From a candidate division FCPU426 bacterium (lineage in GTDB: Bacteria; Oederibacteriota; PGYV01; Palsa-1178), in assembly GCA_963840035.1 (NCBI GenBank), contig CAWIXE010000002.1:781685-845684 (forward strand): 64,000 bases of DNA, given 5' to 3'. The position numbers were made by a program, and so were the translations under genes. Numbering within the stretch: the stretch's first letter is position 1; each line of letters starts with the position of its first letter. This document shows, piece by piece, positions 55,642 through 64,000 of this stretch. The notes below the pieces were generated by a model. That model was not told the origin of the DNA and did not search any database. It worked only from the letters and a program-made list of their open reading frames with translations.

Positions 55642-57976
55642 AGCCCCCCCATGCGCTCATACCGCATTTGGAACCATTTAATAAGTCCGGCGGAACAGCT
55701 ACGTCTGCTTCATCGACAATATTTTCATGCAGATATGATTGAGCTTGTTTTATGACATTTTGTGAGCTTTGAATTATAGTATTTTTTGCGTTTTTCCCGG
55801 TTGAGTATCCAAATACGTTAGTTAATAAATACGGAATTACCACTTTGTCATAGACACGCGTTCTTTTGAAATCATCTTTACTCATCAGTATTTTATTGAA
55901 CCAAAAAGCCTTAACGTAGTATCTGATGTTTCCGTCCTGACTGATGGGCTTTGCTATATCATTTATGGCAAGGTTTATTAAATCCTTTGTTTTACTGCTG
56001 CCATAAAATGTTTTATAAGGGATATAGTATTTCTGGCTGTCAGTATAACCATTTACTTTTATGTCCACATCAGAATTATTGTATGATTCATGTAATAATA
56101 AAGTGTAAGCCGCAACAGCAAGCGCTTTAAAGCCATTTAAATATTTCGTGTCAGAAAAATCAGCATCACCAACCAGCCCATATAGTACGCCTTTTAAGTA
56201 ATCTCTGATATCAACATTCAGTATTTCAGGAGACGGAGTCGGTATAGGCACGCCAGTCTGAACAACCGTCGGAGTAATTGTTCCTGTTTCAATACTTGTA
56301 GCCGATGAACATGGTGTTAATAACACGATTTCCGTCGATTCTTCCGTAGGTATTTGATGCAGATCTTTAATAATGACTTTGTTCAGATAAAATACTGTTG
56401 CTGTCGGTGTTGGCACAGTCGGGGTTGTAGTGCCGGACGGAGTTGCAGTGATTTTGCCTGAATATAAAACGAATTCTTTTGGCACTATAACAATTCTATG
56501 ATTAGTATCCGCCCCGCCAAGATTAGTTTCATCTTGATCCTCCTCTGACATTTTGCTCTCATAACTCAGCCATTTTCCGTCAGAAGTTCTTTTTGCAACA
56601 GTCTCTGGATCCCGGTCAAGTTTATCCTGCATAAGACTATGTGCTTCTACAAATAAAAAATATTTGTCACTATATTTCCTCGCTTCTTCATCTGACAACT
56701 CACAACTCCCGGTCCATTTAGTATATACCGTGCCACCGGCATCAACCTCCATCGGGTCGAACCAGCCATCAACAGAATCCGGTTTAAATTCGACAGTAAA
56801 TTTACTATCCTTAGCATTTTTTTTAAGACCAACTGATATTTTCTCTTTTCGCCATTGGCCGTAGTATTTTACAGTCATTGCCTTGCTAAAAAACAGTGTA
56901 ATTCTGATTTTTCCCGAACCAATATTTCCTGTTTTAGTAATGCTCATAGGACCGCGGGCGGTTTCTATTCCGTTCGAGTCTTTCGTTACAGGCCATTCAG
57001 CAGCATACACAGTCTTCCAGTCTGCAGGGGTTTTGTCAACTTTATTAAAATCTTCAAATGTTATCTGTTCTAATTTCACTTTTTTCAAATATGGCGGGGA
57101 CATACGTCGTGGTTTGTAATTTTCACCGCCATCCGATCTTTCTATATTGCATGATTCATAGTTTGCATTTGTTTTTAGTGTATACGCGCAATTAAAGACC
57201 CTCGGCATATTTCCAGACAAATACTGATTATCAGAAGCATCTATCGTGTTTAAGGTATTTGCACTTGGTGGCTCAATCGCAATCGCAACATGATTTTTAT
57301 TAGCTAACGGCCTTATTATTAAGTCTCCGGGTCCTATTTCATTCCACATTAAGGGATCAGAAAAAATATCATTCGCAAGATGTCCTACCCCCGGATGCCA
57401 TGCAATTCCGTTGGTCTTTACTATCAATGGAATTCCATAACAATTTGCAACAAGTCCTGAACAATCAATCCCGGTATAATCATACATTTCATATTCGCCA
57501 TTAATCGGCGGACGATAATTTGGATAAGGAGGATTATTTACAAGGTTCGAATCGTAAATTACGTTATATCCTCCCGCAAGACATTGCGGCCTTCTATTTG
57601 GAGTTAGGTTTGATAACAATTTTCCGCCAGTCAGTTGTCTTCCGCCATCGCCCATGATTTCAAGCGAATCGCGCAAACCATAGCCATATGGGACGCCTGT
57701 ATATAAATATCCTGCAGGAACTACATTGCCGGAATTATCAACCGCACCGACACCGTCGGGGAAGAATGGAAAAGGTGTAGCATTATTTCTATCACTTCCA
57801 TCTACATTGGAAATGTCAGCATGCAATGTATTTGTAAACACCCTGGCGTTTGTTATGGAACACTTCCATTTATGATCACGGTAGCTTTTTGCCACTTCAA
57901 CGACGTCATTCCCGTCTTTGGCAATTAATTCGCTACAAAACACACAAATCAGAAAAAAACTTAATAACTTTCTCAA
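55613..57976 (-). CDS. giant exported protein, proximal 787-codon segment (signal peptide, NlpC/P60-like peptidase, Thr/Pro linkers, SpoIID-like module)
   Basis: MRKLLSFFLICVFCSELIA signal. GIDCSGLV...PGDLII...NHVAIAI...IDAS (NlpC/P60 Cys-His pattern). YLKGVLYGLVG...FKALAVAAYTLLL...CGMSAWGG (SpoIID-like). Confidence 0.8.
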   Translation of the reverse strand: MRKLLSFFLICVFCSELIAKDGNDVVEVAKSYRDHKWKCSITNARVFTNTLHADISNVDGSDRNNATPFPFFPDGVGAVDNSGNVVPAGYLYTGVPYGYGLRDSLEIMGDGGRQLTGGKLLSNLTPNRRPQCLAGGYNVIYDSNLVNNPPYPNYRPPINGEYEMYDYTGIDCSGLVANCYGIPLIVKTNGIAWHPGVGHLANDIFSDPLMWNEIGPGDLIIRPLANKNHVAIAIEPPSANTLNTIDASDNQYLSGNMPRVFNCAYTLKTNANYESCNIERSDGGENYKPRRMSPPYLKKVKLEQITFEDFNKVDKTPADWKTVYAAEWPVTKDSNGIETARGPMSITKTGNIGSGKIRITLFFSKAMTVKYYGQWRKEKISVGLKKNAKDSKFTVEFKPDSVDGWFDPMEVDAGGTVYTKWTGSCELSDEEARKYSDKYFLFVEAHSLMQDKLDRDPETVAKRTSDGKWLSYESKMSEEDQDETNLGGADTNHRIVIVPKEFVLYSGKITATPSGTTTPTVPTPTATVFYLNKVIIKDLHQIPTEESTEIVLLTPCSSATSIETGTITPTVVQTGVPIPTPSPEILNVDIRDYLKGVLYGLVGDADFSDTKYLNGFKALAVAAYTLLLHESYNNSDVDIKVNGYTDSQKYYIPYKTFYGSSKTKDLINLAINDIAKPISQDGNIRYYVKAFWFNKILMSKDDFKRTRVYDKVVIPYLLTNVFGYSTGKNAKNTIIQSSQNVIKQAQSYLHENIVDEADVAVPPDLLNGSKCGMSAWGGYVSKRPKLV

Positions 57977-57990
57977 AAAAACACCTCGGT

Positions 57991-59187
57991 TTATTTATTT
58001 ACTTTGGATAATTTTATAATTCTTAATTTTGCCATACAGTCTTCACTTAAAGGCTTCCAGCATACGCTTTGCACCAAAAAAATTGTTCCATTATCATCAA
58101 TAGTACCGTTTTCATTATATTCTTCTGGAAAAATACCACATGGTCCTACCCAGTCCTTGCCCTTTCGAAACAACTCTGTTTTAATTTTTGAAATTAATCT
58201 GCCATCATTATTGACGACAAAAATACCGCTTAAATCTTTGTCATTGCCAGTATATATATATACGTATATATTCCCGTTTTTGTCATACAGAGCACTATTA
58301 TTGAGTGTTTGACACTGCACAAATTCAAAAATATCTTTTATTGATTCTATGTTAACTCGATAATTATTCTTGTTTTTTCCATAGGCGTTTATCGACGCCG
58401 TGTGTTTTGCCAGACCATTATTTTCTTCTTTTTGAAAAGCTGTTTTACTAATTGTCCTTGAATATCCTAAATCCACAAATCCTTTTTTCATTTGTTTCGC
58501 TAGTTCGTCATTTTCAATCTTTAAATCAACAACCCTGCTGACTAAACCAGCATCGTTTAGCACTTCTACAGTCCTATTAACAGAGTCATACAAATATATC
58601 GACCCGTTCTCAGCGACATGTAACGAGCCTTTATTTATCATGGGTTTCATATTATCTGTTACTTTGTTCTTTTTTAGTTTATAAGGATTGCTTATAAATA
58701 TTTGTTTCAAAAAATTTCCATTTAAATCAAACTTCTGGATTCTCGCATTGCCCTGATCAAGTATGTATATAAACTTGTTCGTAATTTCTACAGCAACTGC
58801 GCTATATATCAAAAAAGTACCCGGTGGGGTTCTGTTATTGCTTGTGTACTCATAAATATCATCATTATTTTTATCGTCCGACCCCATTATTGTCTTACCT
58901 TTATAATGTATTCTGTAACCAGCATCTTTTCCAACAAAAGGCGCGTCCATTATCACCTTGTAATCATACTGCACAGGCAGTTTTGTGTCGTCTATCTCCG
59001 ATAAATTGAGATTTACTGTTATTATCTCGCCATCCGAAGCTGTTCCTGTCAAACTATCGCCAGATGATACCAGTGTTGAGGTTACTGAAACGGCAGTAAT
59101 CTCAGACCCCACAGCTGCCATCCTCCCCTGCGCCATAACAACCGCGCAAAGAAGCGAAATTATACAAATAAAAATGATTTTTTTCAT
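57991..59187 (-). CDS. secreted NHL-repeat-like beta-propeller protein
   Basis: 398 aa. Signal peptide. NHL-like units FIYILDQGNARIQKFDLNGNFLKQI, GSIYLYDSVNRTVEVLNDAGLV, GNIYVYIYTG. Confidence 0.6.
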   Translation of the reverse strand: MKKIIFICIISLLCAVVMAQGRMAAVGSEITAVSVTSTLVSSGDSLTGTASDGEIITVNLNLSEIDDTKLPVQYDYKVIMDAPFVGKDAGYRIHYKGKTIMGSDDKNNDDIYEYTSNNRTPPGTFLIYSAVAVEITNKFIYILDQGNARIQKFDLNGNFLKQIFISNPYKLKKNKVTDNMKPMINKGSLHVAENGSIYLYDSVNRTVEVLNDAGLVSRVVDLKIENDELAKQMKKGFVDLGYSRTISKTAFQKEENNGLAKHTASINAYGKNKNNYRVNIESIKDIFEFVQCQTLNNSALYDKNGNIYVYIYTGNDKDLSGIFVVNNDGRLISKIKTELFRKGKDWVGPCGIFPEEYNENGTIDDNGTIFLVQSVCWKPLSEDCMAKLRIIKLSKVNK

Positions 59188-59204
59188 GTTTCCTCCAGTT
59201 TTAT

Positions 59205-60356
59205 TTACGGTATATATTTTAAAATTTTGCCTTTATTGCTCTGTCTGTACGCAACATATGGCGTTCCGCTATAAACTGCAAGCGAAACAAATTCAGAATA
59301 ATTTGTAATACTACTGTCTGCAAGTTTCGTCCATATAGATTGCGCGTTGTCATATCTGTATAGTATTATTTGATAACTTTTTGCATTTGTCATTCCAAAA
59401 GCCACGTAAGGTATATCATTGTATACATCAATACTAGCTTCGCTAACGTCAGATGATACGTCATTCCCAATTGTGTTCCAAGAACTATTTCCGGTATTAT
59501 ATTTAAATAAATTAGGCACTCCGACATCATCCGTTGCAAAAAATAATGTTCCATTATTTGACGACTTTATGGTTTGAAACAGAAACGATTCTGAAAAACC
59601 ATTTGTTCCAATTGGATTCCAAGCATTCCCGAGGTTATCAAAAGAAACCACCGAACATAAACCATCTGAATTGTTAGAATAAGAAACATAAGGTATATTG
59701 TTATATATATCAATCGCCGTATTAAAAACAGCCCCAGAAGTAATTCCCGGGCTATATAGCGCAGTAAAACTATTTCCTGAAGAATCAAATCTCATGACTG
59801 TTAGTTTATTTGAATTTGCGGCATCCTTGTAGGCGATAAATGGCGTGACACCATCTACAGCAAAGGAATTCTGTTCTGCAACCCCCGCCGAAAATCCGTA
59901 CTTCCCCATTACAGTCCAAGTATTCCCAACACTGTCATACTTCATAACCGTCGCTTTTGAAGAGTTTGCAACGTCACTGAAAGCCACGTACGGTACTCCG
60001 GATGTGTCTAAATCCATGCACACATAATCTGCCTCACCGGGTGATACCGCCTCGGCTCCCACCTGTGTCCACGCGCTTGCGCCGCTCACGAGCTTTTTTA
60101 CCACGGCTTTCTTTGACTGCCCTTCATCTTTATATGCCACATACAGCGTCCCGGCAGAGTCTGCTTTTAAGGTCACATACTTAACATCCGTATCACAGAA
60201 CACCCCTCCGGCCACAGTCTCCCAGTGTACCGGCGTAGGTGAAGGATCCGCCGGAGGCGCTGCCGGGTTATTGTTCTTTTTCCCGCATCCAGGCATAAGA
60301 GCAACCGCGATAAATACAACCAGTAAAACTATTATAACCTTGTTATTTTTTTTCAT
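59205..60356 (-). CDS. lipoprotein with seven ~48-aa repeats (predicted beta-propeller)
   Basis: Lipobox LMPGC, Pro-rich linker, then seven copies of the [GN]xP[YF][VI][AS][YF]..D..N..K.TVMK[YF]D......W..[VI]G..GFS pattern. Confidence 0.65.
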   Translation of the reverse strand: MKKNNKVIIVLLVVFIAVALMPGCGKKNNNPAAPPADPSPTPVHWETVAGGVFCDTDVKYVTLKADSAGTLYVAYKDEGQSKKAVVKKLVSGASAWTQVGAEAVSPGEADYVCMDLDTSGVPYVAFSDVANSSKATVMKYDSVGNTWTVMGKYGFSAGVAEQNSFAVDGVTPFIAYKDAANSNKLTVMRFDSSGNSFTALYSPGITSGAVFNTAIDIYNNIPYVSYSNNSDGLCSVVSFDNLGNAWNPIGTNGFSESFLFQTIKSSNNGTLFFATDDVGVPNLFKYNTGNSSWNTIGNDVSSDVSEASIDVYNDIPYVAFGMTNAKSYQIILYRYDNAQSIWTKLADSSITNYSEFVSLAVYSGTPYVAYRQSNKGKILKYIP

Positions 60357-60366
60357 TTTCCCCTCT

Positions 60367-61485
60367 TTATTTTGTTTTCTTAACCTGCATCCATTTAAAC
60401 TCCACAGGCGTATTTATTTCGTGGTTATTTATTTTTGTTATTATGCGGCTTTTTTCATTTCCCATACCGGACTCAACTTCCGTCTCTTCCGGCAGTTCGA
60501 TTTCCTTTTCGCCCTGTATTGTTTTGAGATATTCCTGATCCCCTTGGGCTGTGAGCTTTGGGCTCTGTTTTCTTATTTTAGACCGCTTTTTCCCCTTCAC
60601 CCTCATATGCCCTATCTTCTCCCCTGCAAGGTTATACATCTCCTGCTCTTCCACCATACCTGTCTTCATGTTTATCTTTTCCACACGTTTTGCTATCATG
60701 CCGCGGATGGCTTTGTCTTTGCTTTTATTAAACCATGCCACAGACTGCTCTTTAAGGGTTTCTCCGGCTTTATTTTTAGCCTTTGAGCTTCTTACTTTTT
60801 CTATGGCCTTATCCCATTCATCATTCATCTTGCCTGTTTTTTTGTCCGTGTACTCCACTTCCGCAAAGTCATCTTTATCTTTCAGAAACCCCAGTAACCC
60901 ACTGCCGCCTTTTTTCCTGCCCTTTACTTTAACGTCGAGTTCATCGGTTTCTATGTGGTTAGTATCAAAGCGTGAGGCATACCCCGCGTCAGTAAAACTC
61001 TTCTTACCGAAAGATGTCCCTGCAAGCGCCGCATACACGCTTCCGCCTTTTCCGTATCCATTGAGCCCGCCGATACCCGCTATCTTCTGCACCTCAGCCT
61101 GTACATCCGCATCCGCGGTGACCCGCACATGCGAGCCGTCTGCCATGAGATAAGTAACGGACATATCGGAAGTATCCACCAGAAACTGCATGGTAAAAAT
61201 TCCATTTGTTGTGACCATCACCTTATTATTCCCGGCGTTGTCAGATTGCATGACGTAGTCATAAGATAAAGCCTGGCTCTTGCCGCCATATTCCGTCAAA
61301 GACTCCACACCCGCTGACAAACTCCGCACATCACCGCTGTTTTGTGACTGCGCATCTATGACATCCGCCACAGTGTATTCGCCTTCGGCGTATGTGTTGG
61401 AGGATAACACGAATGTAAATACAAAAACAAATAATGCAACAGATAATGAAATATTTAAACGCTTTGATAAGTGTTTGACAGTCAT
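60367..61485 (-). CDS. hypothetical secreted protein with Lys-rich C-terminal half; first gene of the operon
   Basis: 372 aa. Signal peptide ...SSNTYAEGE. No family confidently recognised (possibly a LolA-like fold in the N-terminal half). Confidence 0.5.
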   Translation of the reverse strand: MTVKHLSKRLNISLSVALFVFVFTFVLSSNTYAEGEYTVADVIDAQSQNSGDVRSLSAGVESLTEYGGKSQALSYDYVMQSDNAGNNKVMVTTNGIFTMQFLVDTSDMSVTYLMADGSHVRVTADADVQAEVQKIAGIGGLNGYGKGGSVYAALAGTSFGKKSFTDAGYASRFDTNHIETDELDVKVKGRKKGGSGLLGFLKDKDDFAEVEYTDKKTGKMNDEWDKAIEKVRSSKAKNKAGETLKEQSVAWFNKSKDKAIRGMIAKRVEKINMKTGMVEEQEMYNLAGEKIGHMRVKGKKRSKIRKQSPKLTAQGDQEYLKTIQGEKEIELPEETEVESGMGNEKSRIITKINNHEINTPVEFKWMQVKKTK

Positions 61486-61530
61486 TTTTACCCCACCCTT
61501 TTGTGTGTCTTATTGGTTTTACCGCAGATA

Positions 61531-61559
61531 ATTATATGATTTCAAGCAAGTTGCGTCAA
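61531..61559 (-). promoter_or_regulatory. consensus sigma70 promoter of the five-gene exported-protein operon
   Basis: Minus strand reads TTGACG - 17 nt - TATAAT, ~45 nt upstream of ATG 61485, which has an AAGGGTGGGG SD. Confidence 0.65.
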
Positions 61560-61668
61560 GCAGTAATAATGATTTATATTGAGGAATAATTGTAAGGCAC
61601 ATTGGATTTTGACATGCTAAATTATAATATAAATGAATATTCTGAGATTTGCGATTTAAATTATTCGG

Positions 61669-63321
61669 TTAAAATCCGAGGAAATCATAAGTAATTATTC
61701 CTCCCGATATGTTAAAGACGTTCTTAAACCCGTTCTGCATGAGTATCCTCGCCGCGATATATCCGCGTATGCCAACCCTGCAGAATATGCCTATATTGGC
61801 CTCTTTGGGTATCTTATCGAGGTTTTCCCTTAGCGAGTCCACGTGGATGTTTACCGCGCCTTCTACCGAGCCTTTTGAGAATTCCATAGGCGAGCGCACG
61901 TCAAGCAGGAAGCAGTTCCCTTTTTTGCATGCCAGGAATTCTTCCCATGATACATTTTTGACTGTCCCGTGCATGGCGTTGTCAGCCACAAAGCCGGCCA
62001 TGTTAACCGGATCTTTGGCCGACGAGTACGGCGGCGCGTAGGCGTGCTCGAATTCTTCCAGGTCAGCCATGGTGCCATCCTTTGAAATATAGGCGGATAT
62101 GACGTCAATGAGTTTTTCCACCGACTCATAACCCGCGCACTGGGCGCCTAATATCCTTCCTGTGTCGGGCGCGTAAAGCACTTTAAGCGTCAGCATGGTT
62201 GAGCCTGGATAGTAGCCGGCGTGGCTGCCGGGGTGTATCAGGGACACGGCGTATGCCATGGAGGCATTCTTCAGCTGTTTTTCATTGGCGCCGGTGCAGG
62301 CCGCTGTAATGTCGAATATCTTTGCCACGGCAGTGCCTATGGTGCCTTTGTATTTATGCTGATTGCCGTTTAACATGTTAAAGGCGGCAATCCTTCCCTG
62401 TTTGTTGGCGGGCCCTGCCAGAGGTACGACATTGTATTTTTTTAGAATGGGATTATAAGTTTCGACAGCGTCGCCGACCGCGTATATGTCAGGGTCGGAT
62501 GTCTGCATGAATTCATTTACGGAAATGGACTTTTTTGATCCGAGTTTAAGGCCGCAATTCTCGGCAAGTGAACTCTCAGGCACAACCCCTATGGAGAGTA
62601 TCGCCATGTCAGCTTCAATTGACTCATCTGAATCCAGGTTGACTTTCAGCGAGTGTTTCGCTTTTTCAAAAGATACTACTTTTGAGCCCACCTTAAGATC
62701 CACACCTTTTGTAAAAAGAACCTCTTTGATAATGCCGGCCATGTCCGGGTCAAAAAGGTTCAGTACCTGTTTTGTGGATTCTATCAGGGTTACTTTCATC
62801 CCGTGTTTATGCAGGTTCTCGGCCATTTCCAGGCCTATGAAACCGGCGCCGATGACGACCGCGCTGATGGGCTTTGATTTACTTATGAAACTCATAATCC
62901 TGTCAGTGTCCTCAATGCTGCGAAGGGTGAAAATGCCGGGGGTGTTTATGCCCGGAAGTTCCGGAACCATGGGGTGCGCGCCCGGCGAAAGCAGGAGTTT
63001 GTCGTATTTTTCATCGTATTGCTTACCGGATTTCACGTCCATGACTTTAACGGTTTTTGTTTCCCTGTTTATGGATAAGACTTCATGCCCTGTCCTTACA
63101 TCGACATTAAATCTGTTTTTAAATGATTCAGGTGTCTGGAGGAAAAGCGATTCGCGGGCCTTGATCTCGCCGCCTATGAAGTATGGCAGGCCGCAGTTGG
63201 CGAAAGATACGCAGCAGCCGCGTTCAAATACTATTATCTCTTCCTTTTCAGAAAGCCGCCTTAACCTGGCAGCCGTAGACATGCCGCCGGCAACTCCTCC
63301 AACAATAAGAAACCTCGCCAT
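61669..63321 (-). CDS. CoA-disulfide reductase / NADH oxidase family flavoprotein with C-terminal rhodanese domain
   Basis: 550 aa. FAD GxGxxG (IVGGVAGG), redox Cys SFANCGLPY, second Rossmann VIGAGFIGLE. Rhodanese active site FCRVGIRG. Confidence 0.9.
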   Translation of the reverse strand: MARFLIVGGVAGGMSTAARLRRLSEKEEIIVFERGCCVSFANCGLPYFIGGEIKARESLFLQTPESFKNRFNVDVRTGHEVLSINRETKTVKVMDVKSGKQYDEKYDKLLLSPGAHPMVPELPGINTPGIFTLRSIEDTDRIMSFISKSKPISAVVIGAGFIGLEMAENLHKHGMKVTLIESTKQVLNLFDPDMAGIIKEVLFTKGVDLKVGSKVVSFEKAKHSLKVNLDSDESIEADMAILSIGVVPESSLAENCGLKLGSKKSISVNEFMQTSDPDIYAVGDAVETYNPILKKYNVVPLAGPANKQGRIAAFNMLNGNQHKYKGTIGTAVAKIFDITAACTGANEKQLKNASMAYAVSLIHPGSHAGYYPGSTMLTLKVLYAPDTGRILGAQCAGYESVEKLIDVISAYISKDGTMADLEEFEHAYAPPYSSAKDPVNMAGFVADNAMHGTVKNVSWEEFLACKKGNCFLLDVRSPMEFSKGSVEGAVNIHVDSLRENLDKIPKEANIGIFCRVGIRGYIAARILMQNGFKNVFNISGGIITYDFLGF

Positions 63322-63348
63322 TAGTGCCCCCTGAATTTTAAATTTTAG

Positions 63349-63431
63349 ATTTTATATTTTAGATTTAATGTGCGCTTATGCGCGTATTATTATAATAAAG
63401 TGCGAAGCACATTAAATCTAAAATATAAAAT
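63349..63431. repeat. long AT-rich hairpin with perfect 25-bp arms
   Basis: ATTTTATATTTTAGATTTAATGTGC ...33 nt... GCACATTAAATCTAAAATATAAAAT. Downstream of the SemiSWEET gene. Confidence 0.85.
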
Positions 63432-63451
63432 TGAAAATATAAAATTAAGTC

Positions 63452-63715
63452 CTACCCGTTCCCCTTATATAAAAACTTCTGTATTATCACTATCATATTG
63501 CAGGTTATGGCAAAACTATTTGCCAGGATCATCGGCATTTCCTTTAACATTATGCCATAAATGAGCCATAAAATCATCCCTAATACCAGCAGTACCGGCT
63601 GCCAGAGCGCCACGTCATCCACTTTTTTTGTTACAAACCCCTTTATCATCTGAGGCATAAAGCCTATGGATGATAACAGTCCTGCCGCGTATCCGATAAT
63701 TGTTACGTCTTTCAT
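63452..63715 (-). CDS. SemiSWEET / PQ-loop family transporter
   Basis: 87 aa, three TM helices, PQ motif (GFMPQMIKGF). Confidence 0.8.
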   Translation of the reverse strand: MKDVTIIGYAAGLLSSIGFMPQMIKGFVTKKVDDVALWQPVLLVLGMILWLIYGIMLKEMPMILANSFAITCNMIVIIQKFLYKGNG

Positions 63716-63815
63716 GAAGTCTCCTTTTTTAGTGAGTGGCGAGCGGCGGGTGGTGATTAGCAGTCAAAATTGTTTCTGTCTGCTACCCACTACTCACCAC
63801 TCACAACCCACAGGT

Positions 63816-64000
63816 TATGTGTATTTGTCCTTAAGCTCTTTAAGCCGCAGAAGCGCGTCTACCGGGGCCATTTTGTCCGGTTCTATTTCCTTAAGTTCTG
63901 ATATTATCCTGCTGTCGGCTGCCGAGAAAAGATCCAGCTGCGCGGTATCGTTCCTGTTATCGCTGCCTATTTTGGCCTTGCCGTCTTTTGTATAATTGGC
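63816..64000 (-). CDS. mutS: DNA mismatch repair protein MutS, C-terminal end (5' part outside window)
   Basis: Hand translation gives ...TAQLDLFSAADSRIISELKEIEPDKMAPVDALLRLKELKDKYT*, the typical MutS C-terminal QLxLF ... (M)TP.EAL..L..LK tail. Confidence 0.75.

Noticed and set aside
50776-57976. Giant protein as a prophage tape-measure or tail-lysin.
   Set aside because: The peptidase, lytic module and Gly-rich segments are reminiscent. However the protein has a Sec signal peptide and its neighbours are lipoproteins and propellers. No capsid, terminase, portal, baseplate or integrase genes are present.

Overview
Moderately AT-rich bacterial chromosomal segment, apparently from a diderm organism (OmpA-like protein, GT9 heptosyltransferase, a beta-barrel protein ending in Phe) and probably an uncultivated lineage. 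Nearly all genes are on the minus strand. About 45 kb is housekeeping: secA, tatA, pilB-like ATPase, dnaE, prmC, prfA, rpmE, rho, tRNA-Glu, gap-pgk-tpiA-secG, pdxJ, cdaA-cdaR, folP, folE, ftsH, nusB, ribH and the mutS 3' end. Between these sit many repeat-domain proteins (TPR, WD40, MORN, ankyrin), three stand-alone PilZ proteins and a histidine kinase / sigma54 response regulator pair. The accessory part lies at about 45.6-61.6 kb. It holds a frameshifted IS30-type element inserted in an intergenic hairpin. It also holds a 2.75-kb element with one pair of ~47-bp inverted repeats around an IS481-like transposase plus an IS3-like orfA/orfB pair with an A9 slippery site. Next to these is a tightly packed five-gene minus-strand operon of exported proteins with a consensus sigma70 promoter. 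The operon ends in a giant gene of about 2,400 codons or more: signal peptide, NlpC/P60-like domain, SpoIID-like domain, a long uncharacterised region and a FlgD-Ig-like domain. That gene is split by a +1 shift at a G7 homopolymer inside the SpoIID-like motif, and its 3' end is truncated by the 2.75-kb element. I rate this operon the best candidate for an undescribed system. Apparent single-base frameshifts also interrupt dnaE, a SpoIID gene, the IS30 transposase and possibly the czcD 3' end. That pattern raises an indel-error explanation that must be excluded first. Intergenic spacers are full of unusual hairpins built from short repeated words and several REP-like palindromic element families. 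Coordinates I derived by hand, rather than from the ORF track, may be off by 1-2 nt.
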